This document shows positions 31,823 through 48,832 of a stretch of 64,000 nucleotides of DNA, in pieces. The position numbers were made by a program, and so were the translations under genes. The stretch lies in NCBI RefSeq assembly GCF_009914755.1, contig NC_060932.1. One strand, given 5' to 3'. The DNA comes from the human T2T-CHM13v2.0 reference genome, Homo sapiens. The notes below the pieces were generated by a model, which saw nothing but the letters and a program-made list of their open reading frames with translations, did not search any database and was not told the origin of the DNA. Position 1 is the first letter of the stretch. Every line of letters starts with the position of its first letter.

Positions 31823-32430
31823 ATATTTTTAAAAGATGTAGCATATGAAAGTCTGTCCCTCCCTGTTCAAAAAATTTATATTGCCCCCTCCCTCCCTACC
31901 CCCACCTGGTTGGGGAACATAGTCTGAATTCCCTAGCATGCCACTTAAGATTATCCACAACATGACTCCAACCTACCTTTCCAGCCACATATTTGACCAG
32001 GGCCAAATACGTCCCTACCTAAGCCCACTCACAGTCTGTGCACACCTGTCCTTGCCTAAACCACACCCGGTGTCTTCATGGCTTACTCAATGCACTCCTT
32101 CTGAACAGAAGGTCTCCCTCACCACGGGAAAGCCTTATTCATCCCTTAAAGCCCACCTTAAATACTGTGTCTACTACAAGCCGTTCTTGGTAGTTCTTGG
32201 CCACTTTATTCACTTCCTGTGTATCCTTAAAAAGTGGCTCATACTTCTATTACTTATTAAGGGCTGGTTTACATTACAGTTAACACAAGTTAGTAGCATC
32301 CGTCCATCTCCCCAACTGGACCATGAGTCCCCTACAGACATTTATTTTCATATCCCTAGTGCCTGACATAGTATTCTGCACACAGTCTTTTTATTTAGTT
32401 AATGGAATCACTGATACATTTTGTACTTAC

Positions 32431-32484
32431 CTGTGAAATGCTTTATGAATTTGTCTTTTAAGTTAGAGTCTCTTGGGAATATTT
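32431..32484 (-). CDS. ALKAL1: ALKAL1 coding exon 2 (EIFPRDSNLKDKFIKHFT)
   Basis: Acceptor ttttcttttcag|AAATATTCCC, donor ACAG|gtaagt. 54 nt, phase 1-1, in frame with exon 1; start of the conserved FAM150/AUG domain. Confidence 0.97.
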
Positions 32485-34633
32485 CTGAAAAGAAAAAAAA
32501 AACCATCAGAATTTATTGAATGCATTTCTCCCATTTAAAAATATCCTTAATATGCTAATTACTTAATAAGGCACTAAACACATGGATTTGTGACAGTTTA
32601 TTTAGCTGATCCCAAACTGGTTTCTCCAGCCCTGACCATTTCCTGGGCTCCAAAACTGCAGTACAACTCACTGCTTGCTCTACGGCATGAAGGGTACCTT
32701 ACAGATCTCTCAAAAGTGCACAGCCGCAATGGAAGGTCTCCTTTTCCTCTGCCCAGACCTGTTTCTCCCGTGTTCCTCAGTCCACTGAAGACTGACTGAA
32801 GTGGCATCACTCTTGATCAGGCCCCAGCTCAAGAAGTTATGCTTGACTTCCTTTTTCCCTCACCCCTACACCCAAACCATGAGTTAGTTTTATGTATTTC
32901 ACCTTCAACAAATTATTCCAGACCCACTCACTTCTTTCTCCTTCCCTCAACGAGTCTGGCCCAAGCCATCGTCCTTTTGTGACCGTGCCTTGGCAGTGGA
33001 CTCCTAACCCCTCTTTTCCTCCCCATAATCTTCTTTCTCCCCAGTAGCCAGAACAAACAAACAGAAATATACTATAAGTCATGATCTCTCCCACTTGGAA
33101 GGTTTTGCACTTAATACATAATAAAATTTAAAAATAAAATTGTATCTCAGGCTTTACCTTCTACTCACTAAAACTACACCATCCAGAAAATGCAATTTAT
33201 ACAAACAATCGGGAGCATGTGCAACTCTTTCAAAGGAAGAGAAAACTTAAACTTTAGTAAAATAGTTGAGCCTCAAGGTTTGTTGGTAGGTATACATTTA
33301 AACTTACAACATTTTAAGAATATAATGGGGAAGTGAAGGTTTGTCATCCCCCTCTAGGAGAGTCTGAGCCATCACGGTGATGAGTGTGACTTCGCCAGGA
33401 CAAGGCAGTGGTGACTGAGGCTTGGTAAATGCAGATGCAGGGATTCTAACTGTTCCTTACATGCCATGAGCTCCTGAGGGACGTGGGAACACTTCCCTGT
33501 GCAGGGAGCTCCCCAGTTCAGGGCAGCCTTATGTGAGTTCAGGGCCTGGTTCAGGGCGTGATTGTGTGGGTGCGCAGGAATGCAGAGAGATCGGAGCTCC
33601 CCCACCATTTGACAATGAACACCTGCACTTTACAAACAATTAAAACTAATCCTGAAAAACAAAGCAGCAGTAAAATGAAAGTACTTCATATAAACCTTTC
33701 CTCTTCTCTTCAATAATGCTCCAGCCCGAACATAGGTCTTTTCCCCTGTACTTCTCAGAAACCAAAAACAACAAATTGGCTTCTGTGGTGTCAATATTTG
33801 GGCCAGGTAGTTACACTGGTGCTTTCTGAAAAATGAATGAGCTGAGTACAGCAGAAGCACCTACTGTGGTTAAGGCATGCTCAAAGACTTTATAAATAAT
33901 TCTATTTCCAAAAGCATTTTAGAGTATAATTTTAATCTCTAGACCCTGTGACAATGATGACACTCAGGTGTGTAGAAAATTACATATTTTAAGTAAATTA
34001 CCCTCCTCATCTCCACCCCATAGCACATTTTATAACTTCTATCAAAGCAGATGTCACATTCTGGTTAGCATGATGGGGCACCGTGTGTGTCTGTCTTCCC
34101 CACAATTATGGCTTCCTGAGGAAAGGGATGCGGTCTTGTCCCCCTGTACAACCCGGCTTTGCTGGCAGAGGCACCTGGCACATGTTCAAGGAATAGGAAG
34201 CCAAGAGGGTTGCTACCGCTCAAATGGAAACATCAGTGCCTCCTTGTACTCAGTACAGCCCACCAAGAAAACCAGAATTTCAATACACTTGAATTTTAAC
34301 TTCAAAACACAAACATCACATAGGAATACAAGAATGTACAACAGATTGATTTAGCTGAAACAGAAAAGTGGTGTTTAAGTTGACACCCGAAGTAACAAGC
34401 CAGAGATAAGAAGGTAAGAAGAGATGGGAATGGGGAAGACTGCAGCGTGTTCAAGTATTGGGGGAAATGTCCAGAGCTGCTGAAGAAGAGGTGGGTGAGA
34501 CAAGGCTGCAGGTGCAGGTAGGCTTTAGAGTTAAGTCGTACACAAACTTTGTGCTTAATTCTGTGGGTGATGAGAAGTCAAAAGGCTTTAGGCAAAGGAA
34601 TGGTACGGTTAAGCTATTTTCAAAAGACCGTTG

Positions 34634-35118
<485 letters not shown>

Positions 35119-35160
35119 ATAAACTATTTTTAATAATAAAAAACAATTATGCCTAAGTAT

Positions 35161-35822
35161 TGTGAAAGGAAAATAAATCTCAGGACCCCAAAATCACTAA
35201 GCCAAGGGAAAAGTCAAGCTGGGAACTATGTTAGGCAAACCTGCCTCCCATTAATTCCTAAATAAGATAGTTACAAAGATAAAAAGCTACATACATCCCT
35301 CACGATTTGCCCACAAGAAAATTCTTTGTGGATGGAGGACAGACAGAACTCAAAGTCATCCCTCTGAGGCTCACCTGACACAAATGCATATGATTGCTTC
35401 CTCTGCCCTATTGTTTATGTAAAAATGCAGATTCACTGAGCCACACTAAATTGTGTACTCAGTGGAAGGCTGATCAAAGACTCAAAAGAATGCAAACTTT
35501 TGTCTCTTATCTACTTTTGACCTGGAACCCCCCCCACACCCACCTCCCTCCCTGCACACACCCCTTTCCCCTCAAACCCGTTTCCCCTCCCCCATCCCCC
35601 TTCAACTTGTCTTACCTTACTGAACCCAACCAATGTACATCTTACACATATTGATTGATGTCTCATGTCTCCCTAAAATGTATAAAAGCCAGCTATACCC
35701 CAATCACCTTAAGCACATGTCAGCAGGACCACCTGAGGCTGTGTCATGGGTGCATCCTTAACCTTGACAAAATAAACTTTCTAAATTGATTGAGACCTGT
35801 CTCAGATACTTTTTGGTTTACA
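35161..35822 (+). mobile_element. MER4A-like ERV1 solo LTR
   Basis: TGTGAAAGGAAAATAAATCTCAGGACCCCAAAATCACTAAG...AATAAAC...TTGGTTTACA; TG..CA ends; GTAT/GTAC flanks. Confidence 0.85.
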
Positions 35823-35869
35823 GTACAGAGGGCAAATAATAGATGCAGACAGATAAGTTAAAAGGTTTA

Positions 35870-36205
35870 CAGTCATGTGCTGTTTAATGATGGAAATATG
35901 TTCTGAGAAATGCATCGTTAGGAGATTCCTCCATTGTGGGAGCATCATAGAGTGCATTTACATAAACCTTGGTGGTAGAGTCTCCTGCACACTCAGCTAT
36001 ATGGTATAGTCTATTGCTCCTAGGCTACAAAACCTGTTGTGCTGAATACTGTAGGTAGCTGTAACACCATGGTGAGTATTTGTGAATCTAAACATATCTA
36101 TACATAGAAAAGGAATAGTAAAAATACAGTATTATAATCTTATAGGACCACCATGGTATATGCAGTCTGTAGATGACAGAAACGTCCTTTTGTGGCACGT
36201 GACTG
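35870..36205. mobile_element. Tigger3a/MER7-like DNA transposon
   Basis: Terminal inverted repeats CAGTCATGTGC / GCACGTGACTG with TA target duplication. Confidence 0.8.
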
Positions 36206-36401
36206 TAACTGTATTGACTAGCACTGGCCTATGCAGGGGCTAGCAAACAACAGCTCCTGAGGCAGATCCAGCTTGCTCCTGTGTTTGTGAATAAAGCTCT
36301 GCTGCAACATGCCCACATCCATTTGTTTAGGGGTCGCCAGTGGCTGCTTTTTCACTACAAGGGCAGAACTGAGTAGTTGTTGCACAGATACTATGGCTCA
36401 C

Positions 36402-36940
36402 TGTAGAAAGCAGAAAAGTTCCTCATTAAAGTTCATCTTGCTTTAAAAATAAAATAATAGACGCTAGGAATAATAGCTCCTTACTCCAAAGCCTCCTATC
36501 AACTATTAGTTCTCATACTTTAGCCCAGTTAGTTGCTTTGGCTTACTCAGGCATGTCTGGACAGGCCCAGGCAAGTCTTAGCTCATAGCTTATGCCCCTT
36601 CCTTATTTGGAAATGTTATTGCTTCCTTAAACCTTTCATAAGCAACTTCCTTTTCTTCTTGGTTCTCCCTTGCACTTACCTATTTAGGGAAATTTTAGGT
36701 TATTAGCAAATCGGGTATCAGTTTAAGACTGTGAGGTCCAGCTCCAGCCAATGGATGCAGGACACAGCAGTAAGGACAACCCAAATGCGTAAGGGATAAA
36801 TATGTCTGCTTTTCCTTTGTTCAGGTGTATTGTTGCCATTGTTCCATCTGTGAGGGGCACCCTTTCTGCAGAAAGTAAAGATTGCCTTGCTGAGAGATCC
36901 TTTGTCTCTGTGCTGACTTTTCTTTGCACACTGATTATCT
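36402..36940 (+). mobile_element. LTR10-family (C/D/E-like; HERV-I) solo LTR, antisense to ALKAL1
   Basis: TGTAGAAAG start; LTR10 blocks TATGCCCCTTCCTTATTTGGAAATGTTATTGCTT, CCAGCCAATGG, GCGTAAGGGATAAATA, CACCCTTTCTGCAGAAAGTAAA. Confidence 0.85.
36549..36578. promoter_or_regulatory. p53-family response element (three contiguous half-sites)
   Basis: AGGCATGTCT-GGACAGGCCC-AGGCAAGTCT against RRRCWWGYYY: 10/10, 9/10, 10/10, with zero spacers. Confidence 0.75.
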
Positions 36941-37187
36941 GCCCAAAATATTGACTATGTGGCCCTTTCTAAAGAAAGTTTGCCAATGCCTGCCCTGCAG
37001 CACACTCCTATTTGCAGTAAAAACAAATTAAAATGGTGGGAGGCGCCAGGGAGCAGAATTCTGGGGTGGAGAGAAGAGATATTTTTCCATGCACACCCTT
37101 TTTATTACTTTTAACTTTTTTGAATATAAATCTGTATTAATTTTTCAATAAAAAACTGATTGAAAATGAATTTGCATTTAGTGACTA

Positions 37188-37567
<380 letters not shown>

Positions 37568-37634
37568 CTAAGTAAAAAGAAAACTCCCCGCAAACAATGA
37601 AACTAGTTGATTTCTCTCTGATGGAAAATGTTCT

Positions 37635-38087
<453 letters not shown>

Positions 38088-38106
38088 GTCTGAAATGTAA
38101 CTTTAC

Positions 38107-38418
<312 letters not shown>

Positions 38419-38432
38419 AAATGTAAGCTTCA

Positions 38433-38672
38433 AATGACAACTAGATATGAGGAAGAAGTGCTAGTGTTCTATAGCACTGTAAGATGACTACAGTAAACAA
38501 TAATATACTGTACAATTTCAAGTAGCTAGAAGGAGGATATTGAATGTTCCCAACACAAAGAAATGATAATTGTTTGAGATGGATATGCTAATGACCCTGA
38601 CCAGATCACTGTGCATTATATATATTGAAACATCACTATGTACCCATTATTTGCCAATTAAAAAATAATATA
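38433..38672 (+). mobile_element. L1MA/MB 3' end fragment
   Basis: TAGCTAGAAGGAGGATATTGAATGTTCCCAACACAAAGAAATGATAA motif. Confidence 0.8.
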
Positions 38673-39698
38673 AAATGTATGCTTCATTCCTGTGATATAT
38701 AATTACAATTATATAAAAGATTACATTATTTGGGAGGGTTAAAATCAAACAGATCTCTAGGTAATGCATGATCATTATCTTGGAACAATTTGAATAAATG
38801 ACTATCTCATTCATCCAATTTGTAAAAGTTTCTAGTTTTTATTTACTAAAACAGTTGCCATCTGCAGCCCTCCTCAATTGTAAGTTTACAAAATCTTTTA
38901 AAGAAATAGATGTGCATATATATGTACATATATATGTTGGCATACTATCTCTTATTCTTATATTCTTGTTTAAAAATGAGCCATGATCATGTGAAATAAT
39001 AAAAAATATAATGCAGTACAACCAGAAAACAAAATAATTGAAAATGTTTACTGTTTGCTTCTACCTGCATATAATTTGACTATCTTCCATAAAGATAATT
39101 TGTTCTGATATGATTTACTGTTGACAAGCCTTGTTAATTGATCCTCAGTCCTTTGTAAGGTACTATGGAACATTATTTTATGTTTCAATCTAGCATTACA
39201 TTAGGTACTTAAATCAAAATGTTTGCTGTACAGTTCTTTGAGTTATTTATTTTAAAGACAAGACACTACTAATCTCATTACTAATCAATACTAATAAATC
39301 TAATCATTGTATAACAAGTTCCCATTTCAAAAATAAGAACAATTACCTTTATTACAGCAGTACTGAGAGAATTATAGATGAGAACTGTTTTCAGAGAAAA
39401 ATTCAAATTTAATTTCAAAATGACAAAAAATTCAAATTTGTAAAATATATAGCAGAAAAAGCTATACTATATTAAATATAGTATATATATTAAATATATA
39501 ATAGTAGAAAAAGCTACTTCAACCTCTGCCTTCATCGTAACATGAAGTTCTCCTGTGTCTCTGTATCTTCCCATGGCTGTCATCTTATTAACAACACCAG
39601 TTGTATTGAAAAAGGGCCGACTCTAGTATGACCTTTTAAATATATTAAAGTTGACTTTTAAATATATTCAAGAAATATTTTTTTAAAAATACTAAATT

Positions 39699-40069
<371 letters not shown>

Positions 40070-40563
40070 TTACATAACATCTGTACCAGTATATACTTGT
40101 AAGTGTATAAATATTTGTAAATACATGTTTTTATATCATGCTTCTTCTATTACAGTTTAAGATATTTAAATAGAGGGATGTATGTGTGTAACTCTCTTTT
40201 TTACACACACATTAGCTGGGTGGTTTAATGAGACCTAAATGCCATTTAGGCTGTAAATTACGCAGAGGATAAAAAAGTAAACTCAAATTGGTTGCTTATT
40301 ATCTTCTAAATTTTTGCTACGTTCTACAGACTAGCAGTGTTAGCATCTTCTGGGAGCATGTTAGAAATGCAAACCAAGCCCAGACTTACAGTCAGACTTT
40401 TATTTTACTGGAACACAGTATGTTGGATAGACTCCCATTGGTATAATTTTGTGTGGCGCTTTTGAGCTGCAGAGACAGAGTTGAGTAGTTGCAAGCACTT
40501 TCTCAAACTTTACATATGGAATAAGTACAGACGGATTCTGCCTTCAGAAACGACCATATATTG

Positions 40564-41025
40564 TGTATTTGTTTTGTAGGGCTGCCATAACAAAGTTCTA
40601 GAAATGGGATGGCTTATATCAACAGAGACTTGCTATCTCGCAGTTCTGGAGGCAAGAAGTCTGAAATCAAGATGTGGGCAGGGCCATGCTTTCTCTGAAG
40701 TCTTGAGGGAAGGATCCTTCCTTGCCTGTTCCAGCTCTGGTGGCTGCCGGCAATCCTTGGCATTCTTTGGCTTGTGGATGCTTCACTCCAATCTCTGCCT
40801 TCATTGCCACATGGAGTTCTCCTGTGTCTCTCTATCTTCCCATGGCCATCATCTTATTAAGACATCAGTTATACTGAAAAAGGGCCAATTGTACTCCACT
40901 ATGACCTCATCATAACTAATTACATCTGCAATGACCCTATTTCCCAATAGGGCCACACTCTGAGGCACTAGGGGACTAGATCCTCAATGTATTTTGAGGA
41001 AGAGGAACACAATTAAATTCCTAAT
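40564..41025 (-). mobile_element. MLT1 (MLT1C-like) MaLR LTR
   Basis: GGGCTGCCATAACAAAG..CAGTTCTGGAGGC.AGAAGTCTGAAATCAAG..ACATCTGCAATGACCCTATTTCC. Confidence 0.82.
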
Positions 41026-41324
41026 GTATGAAATCTGAATTCACTGAATAAATTGGAATTAGCTATCTGCATTATAAAAGTTAATTATTTTCACAATAAT
41101 TTGCTCAAAATTATTTTTAAATGATTTAACCAAGACATCAAAAAACATGACTTATTTACAAAATTTCAATGGGGCATAACTTTTATATAAATAAATATAT
41201 TCTGTAATGTGAGGTTTTATTACAACCTCCTGTGAAAGAAATCAGCTAGTCAATTTAGCCAATGCAAGTTGTAAAGACCCACCTACAAAGAATATCCTGA
41301 CTGAAAAACTTCCGAAAATAGAAA

Positions 41325-41647
41325 ATATTTATTTTTATTTTTATTTTTTTAGAGACAGAGTCTTGCCCTGTCACCACAGCTGGAGTGCAGTGGTACAATC
41401 ATAGCTCACTGCAGCTTCAAACTGCTGGGCTTAAGCAGTCCTCCTGCCTCAGCCTCCCAAGTAGCTAGGACAACAGGCATGCCACCATGCCCGGCTAATT
41501 CATTTTTTTTTTTTTTTTTTACTTTTTGTAGAGAAGGGGGTCTTACTTTGTTGCCCAAGCTGGTCCTGAACTCGTGGCCTCAAGAGATCCTCCTGCCTCA
41601 GCCTCCCAAAGAGTTGAGATTTCAGGTGTGAGCCACTTTGCCTGACC
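41325..41647 (-). mobile_element. AluJ
   Basis: Reverse-complement Alu; flanking AGAAA(A)TATTTT. Confidence 0.88.
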
Positions 41648-41889
41648 AGAAATATTTTTAAAACATCACTCACTCCAGGTTATTTATATTATTTAAAGTT
41701 TTTGTAGCAGTGTTATTTGGATTTTTTTCTTATTTTCTAAGTAGCTTTTGAAAAAATAAATTATTTATTTATAATTATTCTTTCTGTGACAAATAGCTTT
41801 AAAAGGCAGTATTTATATCCTAAAACTAAAACCCAAAGTTTTGGAAGATGTCAACCACCTTCAAGAGTGATATAAAACTTTTAAAATAA

Positions 41890-43030
41890 GTCTTTTATTA
41901 TTGAGCAGTTTTAGATGCACAGAAAAATTACATAATACAAAGCATTCCCATATGCCCTGCCCTGGTGTCTCCTATTATTAACATTACATTAGTATGGCAC
42001 ATTTCTTGCAATTAGTGAACCAATACTGGTACATTCTTACTCACTAAAGTCCATACTCCTTTCAGATTTCTGTCACTTTTCCTTGATGTCCTTTTTTGTC
42101 CCAGGATGCCACATTGCACTTAGTCATTATGTCTCCTTAGGCGCCTCTTGGCCGTGATAGTCTCTCAAAATTTCCTTGTTTTGGTAACTTTGAGCATTTG
42201 GAGGAGTCTTTGTCAGGTATGTTGTAGAATGTCCCTCATTTGAGATTTGCCTGATGTTTTCCTTGTGATTAAACTGAGATTACGGGTGTTAGGGAGGAAG
42301 ACCACCGAGGCAAATGCCATTTTCATCACATCCTGTGAAGGGTGCACACTTTTAGTGTAATTTATGTTTGCTGGTGTTGACCTTGACCTCCTGGCTGAGT
42401 CCCTGTGTGTCAGGATTCTTACTGCAAAGCTACTCCTTCCCCACCCCAGTCCCCCAGCCCCGTACTGTACTTCTCAGAAGGAGGTCACTATGCTCAGCCC
42501 ACACTTGAGGACTGGGGAGTTGTGTCCCTTCTTTGAGGACATAGTATCTACATGCATTATTTAGAATTCTTCCGCATAAGAGGTTTGTCTTTTCTCCTCC
42601 AGTTATTTATTTACTCATTTATTTACACAAGCAATGACTGATGAATATTTTATATTTTGTGTTATAATCTAATAGTACTTTCTTTATTTTGTGTCTCAGA
42701 TGGTTCTGGCTCTGGCCATCATGAAATGTTTTACTTGGCTCCTGTGTTCCTTTGATTCTGTCATTAGTAAGTTTTTGTTGTTATTTTTATTGCTTTGTAT
42801 TTGTTATCACTTTTTAAAAACTTTCTGGCATTATCAGATACTCTAGGCTTATTTCTTACTATTTTCTGTCCTAGTCTTGGTTTTAGGGATTTCTCCAATC
42901 AACCCTGGTTCTTTTACTGGAGAATGGCATTAGAAACCAAGATCAGGGCATTTGGTGTGCTCCTGGTGACTACGGTGTGGCTGCTTCTAGCCCCTCGAAG
43001 CTGACAGAGCAAGGAAAAATGTGTACGGTA
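41890..43030 (-). mobile_element. Old L1MC-type 3'UTR
   Basis: GAGCAGTTTTAGATGCACAGAAAAATT, CATTTAGTCATTATGTCTCCTTAGG and TACTGGAGAATGGCATTAGAAACCAAGATC motifs. Confidence 0.7.
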
Positions 43031-43114
43031 TAAGTGAGCAACTTGATTTTTATATATCCAGTGTTTAAATTATTTCTAAAATTGGACTATGGTACTTAAT
43101 GGTATATATTCTGG

Positions 43115-43397
43115 GGGCTGGGCACAATGTTATCCCAGCACTTTGGGAGGACAAGGTGGAAAAATCACTTGAAGCCAGAAGTTTGAGACCAGCCTGCACA
43201 ACATAGCGAGACTCTATCTCTACAAAAAATTTTAAAATGAGCTGAGCATGGTGGTGCATGACTGTGGTCCATGCTATTTGGGAGGCTGAGGCAGAAGGAT
43301 CCCTTGAGCCCAGGAGTTAGAAGATGCAGTGAGCTCTGATCATGCCACTGCCCTCCAGCCTTGGTGACAGAGTGATACTCCATCTCTAAAAAAAAAT
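43115..43397 (+). mobile_element. AluJ
   Basis: Diverged dimeric Alu. Confidence 0.87.
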
Positions 43398-43895
43398 TGG
43401 AAGGTGCAGCATCTGTAACATTTCACTGATTATAAGAACTTCATAAAATTTATTTTAAATGATCTGACTTCAAACACATAGTCATATCAAATCAGACTCT
43501 GTACTCAACTGTGCCCTATGTCCTCTCTTAGGACTGGACAGTCATGCTTTGCCTTCTCAGCCAAAGTAAAATTCTGTGTCCAGCCAGACCGCCAAAGATG
43601 CCTTGGGTTTCTTTTATAAATTCAGGTAGACAAATTAAATAATCTCTAAAGTCCTTTCAAAGTCCTCCTATATTATACAATATTATGATAAAATTCTAAC
43701 ATTAGATTGCATATTCACAAAAGGACAAAATATTAAATAAGTCCAGAAAACTTGAAAAAATACAAAATCATGTTATAAAGTAGATTCTTTTCTTGTTTTA
43801 AACCACAGAACAATTCATGTTTAATTTAAATTTTAGCAATTTCATCTGAAGACTGATCTCATGAAAATGATTTATTCAGTTTCTGGTTTAATCTA

Positions 43896-44288
<393 letters not shown>

Positions 44289-44928
44289 TCAAAAACAAAT
44301 AGATGTGCCACATTTCACACCGTGATAAGATTTTTATGTGTAATCAGTTATTAAGAATGACAACCAAATGACAATAGATTGGTACTTGCGGAAAACACAG
44401 GATCAAGCCCTAATAATGTTCTTGGATTAGGCAGTGACATTTATCAACAAACAAAGCAACTGGGAAACTCCAGAGGGCTGTTAATCCAGCAGTAAATTAA
44501 CCACCCTAGAAGCACAATCTCTAACAATCAAAAACTTGCCTTTACTTTGACCAGAAATAAAGAACAGAGAGCAAGTTTGAAGGCAGAACACAGGTTTAGG
44601 TAGAAAAGGGTCAAGTTTGAGATTCTGTAGCTGAGATATTCAGCAGATAAGGAGTATACGAATTTAAAGGACAAGGTAAAGAAAAAGGAAGAAGATACCT
44701 TTTGGAATCTTTCATGGATTTTATGAAAAATCCATTGATAAGCATGGAACCTTGGGGTACACAAACACTTAAAGGCTGAAGAAGAGATGTTTGGAGAGAG
44801 AAAGAAGGAATGGTCAGAGAAGAGTAGAACAAAGCAAGAATAACTGGAATCAGGAATCATTTAACGAGGAAGAGATGGGTCAACTGCAGCAAAGTATCCA
44901 GCAGGCCAAGTAAGATAAAGGCCGACAG

Positions 44929-45371
<443 letters not shown>

Positions 45372-45584
45372 TTATTTTCTGTATTTCCAATGCTTTCACA
45401 TCTTCGGGTTTTGCTGACCCTGGAGAGAATGTCCCTCTCAGGGTAGCCATTCCTAGAGAGAGTAAACTCACAGAGACAGGACACAGGTTTAGGAAGGAAA
45501 CGGTCAAGATTGAGATTCTGTAGCTGAGATAGGCAGCAGATAATGAATATATAAATTTAAAGGACAAGGTAAAGAAACAGTGCA

Positions 45585-46013
45585 AGCTCACCTTTCATTT
45601 ACAAAGCAGCCAATGCAGAGCCCACACCTTCACCACCTCCTCTACTGGGCTTTCTGACTCTGGGCCAACATTCCTCTGCCCTAATTGCTCCAGGGCCAGG
45701 TACTCGACAACTAGAGGCAGCCCTTAGTGCCAGAGCCCACCGAAATCATTCAAACCAGCCAATCCTACGCCCACTCACCCTGCCGTGCCTTGGCTTTCCT
45801 GTGGTAATCACAGTACAACCTCTTGCCCACATTTTCCCGGTTCCTCCTTCCTCATGACCCGCCCTGGTGCTTCCCCTGTGGCCTTGTGTGGTGCACTGTG
45901 CTCCTGTCTTTAGGGACCCGTGAAGACAAACTTCTTCCTTCATGATAGTCATTTCCATGCGTCTGTGTCCATACTATCTCTGGTTAAAACAAATCCCAGG
46001 TACATTTTAAAAC
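45585..46013 (+). mobile_element. Old ERVL-class LTR (MER73/MER74-like)
   Basis: GGGCCAGGTAC..ACAACTAG..CAGCCC..AAACCAGCCAATCCTA..TACATTTTAAAACA end. Confidence 0.6.
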
Positions 46014-46404
46014 ACGGATGGTGGTAGATCCTGCATGGAATGGTGATCTAGTCACATATATTTTATATACTCTGGAAATGATGCAAAAATTGGCTACAAG
46101 AAAGCTTATATCTCTCCTTGTAATCTTCTATAACAATTTTAAACTAACTTTTTCTACATACAGCATGTTGTTTCCTAGATGAGGCGATGAAATTCTTTAT
46201 GCAGCAAGAGTTTTCCAGTATATTTCAAAATACCTTATTGTGAATGTTTTTGAAATGTGTAATTACTATCTGATTACCATATGTTAAAAATTTTACCAAA
46301 GTAATGTAAAATATTGGATTAGATAGTAAAATAGAATAAGCACTCCATAAGAAATGTTTTTCCTAAGAATGGAATATGTATGGGTTTAGAAGATTGGATG
46401 GATA

Positions 46405-46775
<371 letters not shown>

Positions 46776-47742
46776 TCATCAACAAATGAGATAAGCAAGT
46801 TTATTGCTCATTGTGCACATAACCTAACCTATGTGTTACATTTCCTTTCTTTCTTGTGAAGTATCTTTTATTTTTGCTATATCTATAAAGAATTCTTTAA
46901 GGTGTGGCTATTTTAACACCATCAATTAATGCAGTAGTAATGAGTAATTCTTTAATGTAGTAATTTTTATTCTTTTGACTTAAAGTACAGAGTATGACTC
47001 CTACCCTGCTTTGTTTTTAAATCTGTTAGAGACATTGTTTTCAAATCTATTAGAAATCACAAAAGATAGTTATAAGAAAAAGTTACACAAACAGATAGTA
47101 TTCCAAACCCAACGTGTAACTTGTTGTTTTTCCTTTCTCAGCATCAGGCATATATGCTGGCAATAGAAAATCTCCTATAAACAAATATAACCAAGCTTTG
47201 AAGCAGTCATGATGATATTCATCTTTTCAGGTTCACCATGGCTGATGCCCGGGTGGTGCTTGGAGAGAGTAAGAAGCCGCCTGCCTGCAGCTCCTAGGCC
47301 AGGAGCCTGGTCAGGTGCTCCACACATCTCCTCTGTTGTTATATCTTCACAAGAAGCCTCATGATGGGGTCTTCCCTGTGGCACAGACAAGATACCTGGA
47401 ACTCAGAGATCCACCCCTTCCCAATTCCACAGCAAGCCTGGAACCAGTGCTTTCTGTCTCATGGAAATGATCAATAGCCAATCTGATACTGTCAATAAAC
47501 TTTTTACAAAACTATCAGCCAGAAATAATCACCTTTTGGGGTTTCAATTTTCGGTGTTTTTGTTTTCCTGTTTTCTCACATGTAACCATTATGTAATAAA
47601 GATCAGACTTTTTTTAACGGTTGGCTCACATAATTTGCCTTATGTTTACAGAGAAAACAGAGCCTACCAAGCGTGAGTAGACACATACATAAGATGAATA
47701 GTAATTATGGATTCTGTAGAATTAACAGACGTATAAAATATT

Positions 47743-48433
<691 letters not shown>

Positions 48434-48832
48434 TCAACAACAGCATTTAAATTTGAATGAGTAGTTTATGGTTTTACTGAATTTGTTTCCAGGTATTTTT
48501 CCACCAAATAACAGTGTGCCTATTTGACTAGCAATTAGTATGTGGTCGTGTCTCAGCAACTCTCTTGCCATGTCCCTGCCCTGTCCCTCAGCCCTCCTCT
48601 GTTCACCTTTCCTTCTCTCTTCATTGCTTTCCTGCAGCCCAGTCTTTTTTTCCTGGTGTCCCCCAGCGGCTAAAGTCGGGCTCGTTTATAGGCATTGGCT
48701 GAAACAATGTTTCCAAAGTGGGCTCCTTCATATCCTAGATATGCAACATGCAAATAAATGCCTAATTAAAAAAAAATTTGGATAGTACTGATTTGTATAA
48801 AGTTTCCTTTACTGCAGGACTTCGTAGTGCTT

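Larger units (their letters stand above)
36234..36992. mobile_element. MER58A (hAT) split by LTR10 (pieces 36234-36401 and 36941-36992)
   Basis: CAGGGGCTAGCAAAC..GCAGAACTGAGTAGTTG..ATGGCTCAC | GCCCAAAATATTGACTATGTGGCCCTTT..AAAGTTTGCCAATGCCTG. Confidence 0.8.
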
